This document shows, piece by piece, positions 1-9,195 of a DNA stretch of 64,000 nucleotides. Source of the stretch: a virus; the IMG/VR virus record IMGVR_UViG_3300039210_000318, positions 1-64,000 of that record. The stretch is one strand, 5' to 3'. A model generated the notes under the pieces. The model searched no databases. It was not told where the DNA came from and saw nothing but the letters and a program-made list of their open reading frames with translations. The translations under genes were made by a program, and so were the position numbers. Positions within the stretch are counted from its first letter, which is position 1. Every line of letters begins with the position of its first letter.

Positions 1-70
1 CCCCCGCCGGCTCGGCTGCCGGCGGGGTAGCCCTCGGTGCAACCGTGCAGTAGAAAGCAACCCAAACCCC

Positions 71-487
71 ATGAGCAACATCCATCGCTTTGGCGATCAC
101 ATGTATGTCCATCCCTCCGTCGCCGCGACAATCACGGCAGCGGCCGTCACCGGTACCAGCGTGGATACGCAGGCATTCCGGCGCGGCGCGGCGGTCTTCA
201 CCAGCAAGTGCGTCGGCGTGGCCACGACCAGCGATTGCAAGTTGCAGGAATCGGCCGACAACGTGACGTTTACCGACGTCTCCGGCGGGGCTTTTGCCCA
301 GCAGACCACGGCGGGTGGCCTGACCTCCCAGATCCTGAACATCGATCTGGCGAAGCGCGAGCGCTATCTGCTCCTGCTGCAGACCGGAGCCGGGGCTGCC
401 GCCGCCGGCGCCGCCAGCGCCGTGTTCGTGCTGTTCGGGGACTTCGCCCTCGCGCCCACCCAGGACGTGACGGCCGTCTCCGTCTAG
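71..487 (+). CDS. Hypothetical virion protein (head-associated)
   Basis: 138 aa Ala/Thr-rich ORF at the front of the head-tail gene run, same strand, RBS-like AGAAAG upstream. Confidence 0.5.
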   Translation: MSNIHRFGDHMYVHPSVAATITAAAVTGTSVDTQAFRRGAAVFTSKCVGVATTSDCKLQESADNVTFTDVSGGAFAQQTTAGGLTSQILNIDLAKRERYLLLLQTGAGAAAAGAASAVFVLFGDFALAPTQDVTAVSV

Positions 488-558
488 CCCCCCCCCCACC
501 GTGCTGACCCCGGCGACGTGCCGGGGTTGGCGCACCCAGACCGCCCCAAGGGAGCACC

Positions 559-828
559 ATGGCCGTTGACCGTTTCGCGTCCGCTTCGGCGGGCCTCGGC
601 GGGCCGCATAGCCGAGCCGTCGCCGTCGCGCCCAGCAACACCGTCGATCTCGTCAACGCGACGCGCGGCGTCTACATCGGCGTGGCCGGCGACCTGACCG
701 CTGACCTGGTCGGGGGCAGCACGAACGTGCTCTTCAAGGCCCTCGCAGTCGGCATCGTCCATCCCCTGCGCGTCTCCCGCATCTACGCCACCGGGACCAC
801 CGCCACCTCTATCCTGGCGCTGGACTAA
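559..828 (+). CDS. Head spike base protein, RcGTA Rcc01079-like
   Basis: 89 aa; DRF..GLGGP.SRAVAVAP.N..DL...TRGVYIG..GDL...HPLRV.RIYATGTTA matches my recollection of this family. Confidence 0.7.
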   Translation: MAVDRFASASAGLGGPHSRAVAVAPSNTVDLVNATRGVYIGVAGDLTADLVGGSTNVLFKALAVGIVHPLRVSRIYATGTTATSILALD

Positions 829-831
829 CCC

Positions 832-1425
832 ATGGCTGCCAAGGGCTACTGCGTGCTGGCCGACATAAGCGGCTATCTCGGCATGACGCTCTCCGCTGCC
901 CAGCAGACCGAAGCCACCAACCTCATCCCCCTGGCCGAAGCCTACATTGACCGCTATACCCGGCGGGCATGGCTCTCGCCGGCCATCCTGGCCGAGCAGT
1001 ACAAAATCTATACGCCGACCGTCTACCTCAAGCAGCATCCGGTCGGGAGCATCCAGCGGGTGCAGACGCGCACCACAGCCATCAACGACGTGCTCTACCT
1101 CTGCGTGGCCGGCGTGGATTATGAGCTACAGGACACCGCCACGGGGCGGCTCGTCTTCAGCAAGGGCTACGCCGACTGGCGCGGCAAACTGCTCGCCTAC
1201 GTCGATTACACGCCGTCCCAGCCGGTACCCGGCGACATCAACCTGGTCGCCGCCATGCTCTGCGCTCACTGGCTGGTCTATCAGATCGACCCGCAACGCT
1301 ACGGCCTCAGCGGCTACAACCTCGGCCGCGACGTCGAGGTCAAGGTCGGTCAGTCCTCCCTGCGGGCTATCCCGCTGGACGCCCAGGCCATCCTCGACGG
1401 CTATAGCCTGCCGGTGTTCGCGTGA
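832..1425 (+). CDS. Head-tail adaptor/connector protein
   Basis: YC.LAD..YLG, AEAYIDRYTRR, C-terminal IP.DA.AILDGY; position in the morphogenesis module. Confidence 0.7.
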   Translation: MAAKGYCVLADISGYLGMTLSAAQQTEATNLIPLAEAYIDRYTRRAWLSPAILAEQYKIYTPTVYLKQHPVGSIQRVQTRTTAINDVLYLCVAGVDYELQDTATGRLVFSKGYADWRGKLLAYVDYTPSQPVPGDINLVAAMLCAHWLVYQIDPQRYGLSGYNLGRDVEVKVGQSSLRAIPLDAQAILDGYSLPVFA

Positions 1426-1766
1426 TCCCCACCAACGCCGTGGTGTCGATTAGCCGCATGGTCTATGACGCCACCACCAAACAGAACACCCCGACCGTGG
1501 TAGCGACGCTCGTCCCGGTCTCGTTGATCCCGGTAGAAAGCCTGTTGCGTCCGGAGTTGATTGCCGGGGAAGCCGCCGCGGCGTTCAACTACCGCTTCTT
1601 TTGCGCCGCCTGGGTAGACGTGCGCGACGGCGACACGTTGCAGGGCTACAACCCTACCTCCCTGGCCGTCGCCCCCATCCTGCAGGTGCAGCACGTGGCG
1701 GTGCATAGCCCGGCGACCAACCTCTTTGCGTACCGCAGTGCCATGGTGAAGGTGATGCAGCCATGA
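1422..1766 (+). CDS. Head closure/stopper protein (putative)
   Basis: Overlapping start after the adaptor; DVRDGD motif typical of stoppers; synteny. Confidence 0.5.
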   Translation: MIPTNAVVSISRMVYDATTKQNTPTVVATLVPVSLIPVESLLRPELIAGEAAAAFNYRFFCAAWVDVRDGDTLQGYNPTSLAVAPILQVQHVAVHSPATNLFAYRSAMVKVMQP

Positions 1767-2218
1767 TGACCATGCAACTGCTCACGCACAACTACCGGCT
1801 GCCGGCGATTACCGCCGCGCTGCGCTCGGCCACCATTGCAGACGAGGTCGCCCTGGGTATTGAAGCCCTGCTCCTGCCCAAACTCCAGGCGGCGGCGCCG
1901 CACAAGACCGGCCAACTGGCAGCCGAGACCCGCGTCCATGTGACGCTCGGGGCCGGGAAGGCCACCGTCTCCTTTACCTCGACGCCCTATGCGGCGTTCG
2001 TGGTCTACGGTACCGGCATCTATCACAAGCCCACCGCGCATAGCGGCTGGACCGTCTATGGCCTGCAAGCCTTCGAGGTGAACGGGCAGCAGATCGTCAC
2101 CATGCGGACGGTCCACAAGGGCCAGCAGCCCAACGACTACCCGCAGCGCGTCTGGCGTCAGGCCAGGCCGGAAGTCCGCGCGCTCGTCGCAGCCGCGGCA
2201 CAGGGGTTCATGGTATGA
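1763..2218 (+). CDS. HK97 gp10-like neck/tail-completion protein
   Basis: APHKTGQL, PYAAFVVYGTG, HKGQQPNDY motifs. Confidence 0.7.
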   Translation: MMTMQLLTHNYRLPAITAALRSATIADEVALGIEALLLPKLQAAAPHKTGQLAAETRVHVTLGAGKATVSFTSTPYAAFVVYGTGIYHKPTAHSGWTVYGLQAFEVNGQQIVTMRTVHKGQQPNDYPQRVWRQARPEVRALVAAAAQGFMV

Positions 2219-2676
2219 GCGCTGCCGCTATCCTGACCGCCCTCAAAACCATCCTGCCGGTGGGCACGCCGGTAGCCAGCGCCAGCGTCTTCATCGAAGC
2301 CGGGCCGGATGCCAACACGGCGACCTGGCCGGTGCTCCTGCTGGAAATCCCGTTGGAGAAGCGCAAGCGCACCGCCATCCGGGCCAAGGCGTCTTGCATG
2401 ACCGTCGTGGCCCTCTATCTCGACCGCTGGGAGTCCGGACCCGGCGGCCGCACCGTCGAGCAAATCAAGGCCGACGCCCGGGCCGCACTGACCCAGATGG
2501 TCGCCAACCTCGACGCCAACCCGCAACTGCTGGTCGCCGGTACCGCCAATTGCAACATCGCCGGGGACGAGATCGACGTGCGTATCGACGGCGTGATCAA
2601 AGACCAACTCCTCGGCTTCCCCGTTATCCAGGGTTCGCTCACGATCAAAGTGGACGACCTCTGGCAGGCAGTTTAG
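2215..2676 (+). CDS. Tail terminator protein (putative)
   Basis: 153 aa; synteny between neck and tail tube genes. Confidence 0.5.
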   Translation: MSAAAILTALKTILPVGTPVASASVFIEAGPDANTATWPVLLLEIPLEKRKRTAIRAKASCMTVVALYLDRWESGPGGRTVEQIKADARAALTQMVANLDANPQLLVAGTANCNIAGDEIDVRIDGVIKDQLLGFPVIQGSLTIKVDDLWQAV

Positions 2677-2690
2677 AAAGGCCACACCCC

Positions 2691-2903
2691 ATGCCATTGC
2701 TCGTGTATCTCGGTCAACTCCCGGCAGCGCCTACCGGCATGCCACTCTTTGCGAGCGGCGAGCAGCGCGAGGTAACGGCCGGCGAGGCCGACCTACTGCT
2801 GCGCAATAGCTCCTTCCGGCTGGTCGAGCCGGCCGCGGCCGAGCCTGACCAGGCCCCGGCTGCCGAGCCGGCCGCCAACGGCTCCTTCGTCACCGCCCTG
2901 TAG
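2691..2903 (+). CDS. Small hypothetical protein
   Basis: ATG at 2691 after GAAAGG; MPLLVYLG...; typical small ORF before the tail tube. Confidence 0.5.
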   Translation: MPLLVYLGQLPAAPTGMPLFASGEQREVTAGEADLLLRNSSFRLVEPAAAEPDQAPAAEPAANGSFVTAL

Positions 2904-2938
2904 GCGCCCACCCGCTCCCCTGAAAGGACGCACCCTCC

Positions 2939-4117
2939 GTGTCGAACCCCCTGCAATTTCTGAGCAACTACGGCTTCGTTGCGCTGGCCAAAGAGGCCAT
3001 CGCCGGTACCGCGGTGCCGTCTACCGACTACTTCGAACTGGTGTCGGAGACGCTGATGCGCGACCCCGGTACCAAGCCGGTCGCGGCCATGCGCGGCACG
3101 CGCGCCAGCAACGTGACCTACATCCAGGGCGAAGGCAAGCTGGACGGCAACATCGTCGTGCCGTTCGGTCCGTCGATCGGACTGCGTGCGTTGGCTGCTG
3201 CGCTCGGCATCGACCACGTCGCCGGCAGCACGCCGAGCAACGCCACGACCCTGACCGCCAACTCGGCCGTCGGCGCCAACAGCGTCGCCCTGACCGCAGT
3301 GACCGGCTTTACAGTGGGGGGCTTTATACAGCTCACCAGCGCGACCACGCCGGCGCAGACCGAGGTCCACAAGATTCTCAGCATCGCCGCGCTCGTCGTG
3401 ACCTTCGCTACCGGCGAGACGCTCGCCAGCGCCTTCGCTACCGCCGACGCCGCGGCGGTGGTCGTGGCCCCCTTTACCCACACCATGACCCCGAAAGAAA
3501 CCGGACTGCCGACACTCACCATCGAGAAGAATCTGGGCGGCTTGACCAGCCTCCAGTGGGCCGGCTGCATGGTCAGCAAGGCCGAGTTGAAGCTGTCTAC
3601 GACCAAGGAGGCCGAGGCCACCTACAGCATCATGGGCCAGAAGGAAGCGCAGGTCACCCCGACCACGGCGGCCTATACCAGCGAGACCCCCTACGCGCTC
3701 GCTAACATGAGCGTCTCCAAGGCCGGCGCGGCGGACGTGACGCCCAAGAGCGCCACCCTGACCATCGACAATAAGGGCACCGGCGAGTACACCTTCGGCG
3801 GGGTGAACACGCCGACCATGATCTACACCGGGCAGCGGCTCATCACGGGCACGCTGGCATATCTGCTGCAGAACATGACCGACTACAACGATGCGCTCGC
3901 CGCCACCCCCCGCGACCTGGCGTTTACCCTGTCCCAGAGCGCCAGCGATAGCTGCAAGTTTGACCTGCCCAACGTGGTCTGGGGCAAGCCCAGCATCCCG
4001 CTCAAGCTGGGCGACCTGATTCGGGTCACGATGCCCTTCACCGCCTACTATCTGGCCGGCGCGACCACGGACATTACCGTCACCGCCGTCAACGGCGTCT
4101 GGCTGGGCTACTGCTAA
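2939..4117 (+). CDS. Major tail tube protein with inserted accessory domain
   Basis: 392 aa; YGFVALAKE, FTHTMTP...LPTLTIEK; RBS GAAAGGA; Thr/Ala-rich insert around aa 100-175. Confidence 0.8.
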   Translation: MSNPLQFLSNYGFVALAKEAIAGTAVPSTDYFELVSETLMRDPGTKPVAAMRGTRASNVTYIQGEGKLDGNIVVPFGPSIGLRALAAALGIDHVAGSTPSNATTLTANSAVGANSVALTAVTGFTVGGFIQLTSATTPAQTEVHKILSIAALVVTFATGETLASAFATADAAAVVVAPFTHTMTPKETGLPTLTIEKNLGGLTSLQWAGCMVSKAELKLSTTKEAEATYSIMGQKEAQVTPTTAAYTSETPYALANMSVSKAGAADVTPKSATLTIDNKGTGEYTFGGVNTPTMIYTGQRLITGTLAYLLQNMTDYNDALAATPRDLAFTLSQSASDSCKFDLPNVVWGKPSIPLKLGDLIRVTMPFTAYYLAGATTDITVTAVNGVWLGYC

Positions 4118-4186
4118 ACGCGCCACCCCGCCGGGAGGCCCCCCGCCTCCCGGCTGCCCCTCCCCGTTTGAAAGGACTCCCCCCCC

Positions 4187-4579
4187 ATGGGCTACAAAGC
4201 CAAGACTTCCGGCGCCGAGGTCGTGTCCCTGAGCGCCGGCTATGAAGCAACAATCCGCGTGCTGCGCAAGGCCGACGAGGACGCCTTGCAGGTGGCCCTG
4301 CTCGGCTCGTCCAAGAGCCACCGCCAGTATGTGGTCGAGGACGGCATCAGCAAACTGGTGAGCGACCAGACCATCGACAATAGTGCCTACACGCGCGAAC
4401 TGCTGGTGCGCGGCATCGTGTCCTGGACGCTGGACGATGACAACGGCTCGCCCCTGGCGGTCACACCCGAGACGGTAGAACTGCTGACCGGCACGGATAG
4501 CACGCGCCTGGCCGTCGCCATCAAGGCCCTGTCGGCGCGGCTTGACCTCCCAAAAGAAGCCGTCTCTCCGAGCGTCTAA
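4187..4579 (+). CDS. Tail assembly chaperone (gpG-like)
   Basis: LVRGIVSWTLDDDNG.PL.VTPE motif; lies between tail tube and tape measure genes. Confidence 0.8.
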   Translation: MGYKAKTSGAEVVSLSAGYEATIRVLRKADEDALQVALLGSSKSHRQYVVEDGISKLVSDQTIDNSAYTRELLVRGIVSWTLDDDNGSPLAVTPETVELLTGTDSTRLAVAIKALSARLDLPKEAVSPSV

Positions 4580-4776
4580 GCGACATGCTGCTGGGGGGGG
4601 GCGACCCCTACCCCGGCGACGGCCCAATGCCCCATTTGGAAGCCTGGCAGTTGTGCCGCGACTTTCACTGGACGTACCAGCAGTACATCGAGACGCCTAT
4701 CGACGTGCTCGAAGTGTTCGCCCTCTACAACGCCGTGCGCTCCGGCGTTGAGGCCATCCCCGCCGACCAGCGTTGA
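4549..4776 (+). CDS. Tail chaperone -1 frameshift extension (gpT-like)
   Basis: In-frame slippery heptamer C CCA AAA at 4549-4555; the -1 frame is open to the TGA ending at 4776 (LCRDFHWTYQQYIETP). Confidence 0.7.
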   Translation, partial: PKRSRLSERLSDMLLGGGDPYPGDGPMPHLEAWQLCRDFHWTYQQYIETPIDVLEVFALYNAVRSGVEAIPADQR

Positions 4777-4899
4777 GCGACCAAGGGACGGAGCATGCGC
4801 CACACGCATAGGAATATGCGCCACACGCATATCCGTCCCTTTGCTTGTAGGCGTGGGGCAACCGGCCGCTTATAACAAAAACGTGCTGAAAGGCCCTTC

Positions 4900-7800
4900 G
4901 TGGACTCCGCAACGAACGAACTGCTGAATATCCTGATCCTGGCCGAGGACGGCGCCAGCGCCGTGCTGGATGGCGTCTCCGGCCGGGTACTGGGTCTGAA
5001 GGCCAGCCTCATGGAGGCCGTCGTCCAGTCCGACCTGATGGCCGCCTCGCAATTGAAGCTCGGCACGGCCATGGAGCGGATGGGTATCAACCTCGGCTCC
5101 TGGAGCCGGGAGGCCAATACCGCGGCGACGGACATGGCCACCATGGACGGCGTGGCCCTGGCGAGCACGACGGCGGTCCTGGGCCTTGCCGCCGGCGTCC
5201 TGGCCGCTGGCGTGGCTATGGGAATGAGCATGACGGCTGCCGCGCAGTTCGATCAGCAAATGACCGTCGTCGCAAACAACACCAACATGACCAACGCCCA
5301 GATGCAGCAGATGCACGACACCGTGCTGCGCCTGGGAGCGGATAGCGGCGCCTCCCTGGATAGCCTTTCCCAGGGGTACATGCACATCACCAACTTCGGC
5401 TACTCGGCAGCCGACGCGACGCTCATCCTGACCGCCGCCATGCACAGCGCCGTCTCTACCGGCGCCGACGTGGCACAGACGGCCAACGTCCTCGCCAACG
5501 TGATGCACGAATTCAACGTGCCCGCCATCGCCGCCGCCCAGACCATGGACATGATCCATACCGCCGCCGCCATGGGCAATATGACGCTGCAGCAGTTGAC
5601 CGACGCCTTCGGCCGTACCGCCGCGGCGGCCGCGGCCGTCGGCGCGCCGTTTGACCAGACGCTTGCCATGTTTACGATGATGACGCGCCACGGCTTCGAC
5701 GCCGCGCAGGCAACCACCCAGGTGGCCGACGCCATCCTGCACATCATCAAGCCCAGCGCCGGGGCGACCAAGGAACTCGAAGCGCTGTCCAATCAGACCG
5801 GCATTAACCTCGTCGCGGACTTCAGCCAGGCGGGGTTGCAGGCCAAGGGCTTCTCCGGCATCATCACCGACGTGGCCGCGGCGACCCATGGCAATGTCAA
5901 TGCTCTGGCCGCGCTGCTCAACGTGGCCCCCCCGACCACGGCTGAGTTGAACAATATGACCCAGGCGGCCAACGGCAACGCCGCCGCCCTGGCTGCCATC
6001 GTGCCGAACCAGCGCGGCCTCTACGCCATGATGCTCGCCACCGGCAACGGCGCCAAAGACTACGTCGACATCCTGCACGCTGTTGATGGCTCCATGCAGG
6101 GCGCCGGGGTGACGAACACCAGCTACGAGCGCAGCCTGACCAACGTCGGCCAGCAAATGTCGATCCTCGGTGGGAGCACCAAGTCCATCGAAATCTCCTT
6201 CGGGGAGATATTCCTGCCGCTCATCGCCGGGCTGGCTACCGGCCTGGCCGACGTTGCCAACGGCATCGAGCACGTGGTCGTGCCCGCCTTCTCGCACCTG
6301 TCCCAGGTCACCCGCGGTGTCACCGACGACATAGGAGCGATGCTGGGCAAAATAGGTGAGTTGAACGGCGGTGGCGGCGGCATCGCGGCGAACATCGCGG
6401 CGAACCTGCCGATGGTTGGTAACATCTTTGCCGCCGCCGGCACGGTACGCGACCTCCTGTCCCCCCCCGGTAGCACCGACGCCGCGGCGAAGGCCCACGC
6501 CGACTCGACCGCCGCTGCCATCAAGGCGCTGGTCGGTCCGAGTGGCGACGCCACCCTGGCGAGCGGAGCCGCTACCGCCGCCGAACAATCCAAAGCCGAC
6601 GCCAACCAGAAGGCCATCAATAACCTCGGCGTGGCCGAACTGAATATCAGCGTAAAGGACGTCAAGGCCCAATTTGACCCGACCATCAAAGACCTGCAAG
6701 GGCAACTTTCCGGCGAGCAGCAATCAACCACGGCCGCCGACGCCGCCGACAAAGGGCGCCAGGACGCGGTCAGGTCCGATTACCAGGCTCGCATTGCCCC
6801 GCTGCAAAAGACGCTTGACCTGCAAACCGCCAGTACCCAGCAGGCCGACGCCCTGGACAAAATCACCAAGGACGGCATCAATACCACCTACAACGCCCAG
6901 ATAGACCCGCTCAAGCGCCAACTGGACCTGCTGAACCAGCAGCACGCAACCGCCGGCGAGATAGCCACCGTCGAGGAAGACGGCATCCATGCCACCTACG
7001 ACGGCCAGATACAGAGCCTCCAGACCCAGATCGGGTTGCTCTCGAAGCGCCACCAGTATGCCCAGGAAACGCTAGCCGCCGAGAACCAGATCAAGGATGC
7101 CCAACTCCAACAGGCCTTGTTGGCAGCCGAAGGCGACCCGGTGAAGAAGGCGGCGCTGGCCGGCCACCTGGCCACGCTGAACATCGAGCAGCAAAAGGCC
7201 CAACTGCAGAAGGACATAGACACCCTCACGGCAAAGGATGGCGCCAGCCACTACGGCGGTACCCGCCTGACCAAGTACGGCTACTCCCCGCACAACGGTC
7301 CGCAGGCCCCCACCGCAGACGCCGCCGCGGTCAACGCCCTGCAATTGCAGATTGACCGGGACAAGCTGGCCGCGCTGAACCTGGAAGATCCCAACGCCGT
7401 CGGCGCCGCGACTTCTGCCCTCACCCTGCAGAAGGCCACCGAAGGGGTGCAAGGGCTGACCACGGCGATTGCCAACGGCAAGGACGCTCTGGCGGCTATC
7501 CCGTTGCAGCAGCAGTTGGACGGGCTGCTCAAGCAAGAGAAGGACTTGCTCACCCCTATCGAAGCGCAAAAGACCGCCGACCAGGCCCACTATGACCTCC
7601 TCAAGAGCCAGCTTGGGCCCGAGATCGACATCCTCAAGAACAAGGAAACCGACGCCCTGGCCCCGTTGGATGCGGCCATCAAGAAGCGCGATGCCGAACT
7701 TGCCGTCATGAAGGCCGACATAGAGCCGCAGATCAAGAAGCTCCAGACCGATGAAGCGGCTCGCATAGCGGACCTCCAGCATGCCATAGACCAGCGTAAC

Positions 7801-8823
7801 GCCGAGGCAGCCCTGGACGAAGGCCGCTTGAAGACGGCGATTGACAACCTGAAAACCGCGGAGCAAGAACGCCTGACACCGCTGCAAGCCCAACTGCTGG
7901 CGATCCAGAACCAGAACGCCGCGCTGGACGTCCAAATCCAGAAGGCCGACATACTGAAGAATGGTGGGACGCTACCCGGCGATCCCTCCGTGGGGAAGCC
8001 CAACAGCCCGTATAACGTCATTCCCGACCCGGCTGCGCCCTATATCGCGCCGGGCATGCCGGGGAGCACCCTGGATGGCCCGCCGGCTCCGGCCGTCACC
8101 GCTCCCCCACCGGGGGGCATGTCCGACCCGCCTCCCGGCGGTATGGTCGCCCCGCCTCCTGGCGGTATGACCGACCCCGCGCCGGGGGGCATGGACGCCT
8201 ACCACGCCGCGGCGGTCAACTCAGCCATACACCAACTTGGGCAGCCGATCATTGACAAGTGCGAGCAGTTCCTGGATGACCTGTTCGGCGTGGCGAACCG
8301 CAAGGGGCGAGGTTCGGCTACCGACACCGCCAATATGTTCGCCGGGCAAGGCTTGCTCCATGGCGGCAGCGCCGCCGATGCGCCAGTCGGCGCCCGGCTG
8401 TATTACGGGGATGCCAACGCCAAAGGTCAACTCATTGCCGGGCCCGGGCACGCCGCGCTGAAAACGGCAGCCGACGTCCAGACGGGCAGCGACGATAACG
8501 GCGTGGAGGCCCGCCTGATCAGCACATGGCAGCAGGAGGCCCACCAGGTGTTCCTCGGCTGGTACATGGACCCGACGCGGGCCAACGGGGGCACCCAGGG
8601 TACCGGCGGGGGCGGCGGGGTGACACCCGTAGCAACGCCCACCACCACAACCGTCACGATCAATGTGACGGTCTCAGCCGGCGCCGTCTCGGTAGAGACG
8701 AACGACACCACCGGCCTGGGTGACGTGGTCGGGCAGACCGTCGCCGCTGCCTTGGAGCAGATGGCGCAAAGCCACTCTGCGACGACGCCGGGGGCACGGC
8801 GCAGCCTACCCGGCGCGCACTAA
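4900..8823 (+). CDS. Tape measure protein (TP901-like) with C-terminal Cys/His peptidase-like domain
   Basis: 1307 aa; TP901-type N-terminal region (AAQFDQQM..V..NT), long coiled coil, PPPGGM repeats, KCEQF...GHAAL. Confidence 0.9.
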   Translation: MDSATNELLNILILAEDGASAVLDGVSGRVLGLKASLMEAVVQSDLMAASQLKLGTAMERMGINLGSWSREANTAATDMATMDGVALASTTAVLGLAAGVLAAGVAMGMSMTAAAQFDQQMTVVANNTNMTNAQMQQMHDTVLRLGADSGASLDSLSQGYMHITNFGYSAADATLILTAAMHSAVSTGADVAQTANVLANVMHEFNVPAIAAAQTMDMIHTAAAMGNMTLQQLTDAFGRTAAAAAAVGAPFDQTLAMFTMMTRHGFDAAQATTQVADAILHIIKPSAGATKELEALSNQTGINLVADFSQAGLQAKGFSGIITDVAAATHGNVNALAALLNVAPPTTAELNNMTQAANGNAAALAAIVPNQRGLYAMMLATGNGAKDYVDILHAVDGSMQGAGVTNTSYERSLTNVGQQMSILGGSTKSIEISFGEIFLPLIAGLATGLADVANGIEHVVVPAFSHLSQVTRGVTDDIGAMLGKIGELNGGGGGIAANIAANLPMVGNIFAAAGTVRDLLSPPGSTDAAAKAHADSTAAAIKALVGPSGDATLASGAATAAEQSKADANQKAINNLGVAELNISVKDVKAQFDPTIKDLQGQLSGEQQSTTAADAADKGRQDAVRSDYQARIAPLQKTLDLQTASTQQADALDKITKDGINTTYNAQIDPLKRQLDLLNQQHATAGEIATVEEDGIHATYDGQIQSLQTQIGLLSKRHQYAQETLAAENQIKDAQLQQALLAAEGDPVKKAALAGHLATLNIEQQKAQLQKDIDTLTAKDGASHYGGTRLTKYGYSPHNGPQAPTADAAAVNALQLQIDRDKLAALNLEDPNAVGAATSALTLQKATEGVQGLTTAIANGKDALAAIPLQQQLDGLLKQEKDLLTPIEAQKTADQAHYDLLKSQLGPEIDILKNKETDALAPLDAAIKKRDAELAVMKADIEPQIKKLQTDEAARIADLQHAIDQRNAEAALDEGRLKTAIDNLKTAEQERLTPLQAQLLAIQNQNAALDVQIQKADILKNGGTLPGDPSVGKPNSPYNVIPDPAAPYIAPGMPGSTLDGPPAPAVTAPPPGGMSDPPPGGMVAPPPGGMTDPAPGGMDAYHAAAVNSAIHQLGQPIIDKCEQFLDDLFGVANRKGRGSATDTANMFAGQGLLHGGSAADAPVGARLYYGDANAKGQLIAGPGHAALKTAADVQTGSDDNGVEARLISTWQQEAHQVFLGWYMDPTRANGGTQGTGGGGGVTPVATPTTTTVTINVTVSAGAVSVETNDTTGLGDVVGQTVAAALEQMAQSHSATTPGARRSLPGAH

Positions 8824-8832
8824 AGGGGCAGC

Positions 8833-9195
8833 ATGACCTACGACAGCAGCTTCGCCGGCGCCGGCTTTGATACCCTGGCCGGCTCGCCCGGCAGCGCCGG
8901 AGCGACCACGAACATACCGCGCACGTTGACGGCCAACGTCAACGTGCGCAAGATGCCCGGCGGCGCCGGGGTCTACATCGACGTGGGCGGTGTCGGAGCC
9001 ACCGAACTGGTGCTGACCTGTTTCTTCACCAATCCCTCTGACTACGCCGCGCTCGAAGCGCAGGTCGGCAATACCGGCACGTTGAGCTACTTCGACGGCG
9101 CCTACTCGGCGGTGCTCTCGGCACTGAAGCGCACCTACCTCGGCCTGGGAGCCTCGCCGCCCTGCGCCGGCGAAGCGACGTTCTACCGCCAATGA
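8833..9195 (+). CDS. Distal tail-like protein
   Basis: 120 aa immediately after the tape measure gene; synteny. Confidence 0.5.
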   Translation: MTYDSSFAGAGFDTLAGSPGSAGATTNIPRTLTANVNVRKMPGGAGVYIDVGGVGATELVLTCFFTNPSDYAALEAQVGNTGTLSYFDGAYSAVLSALKRTYLGLGASPPCAGEATFYRQ

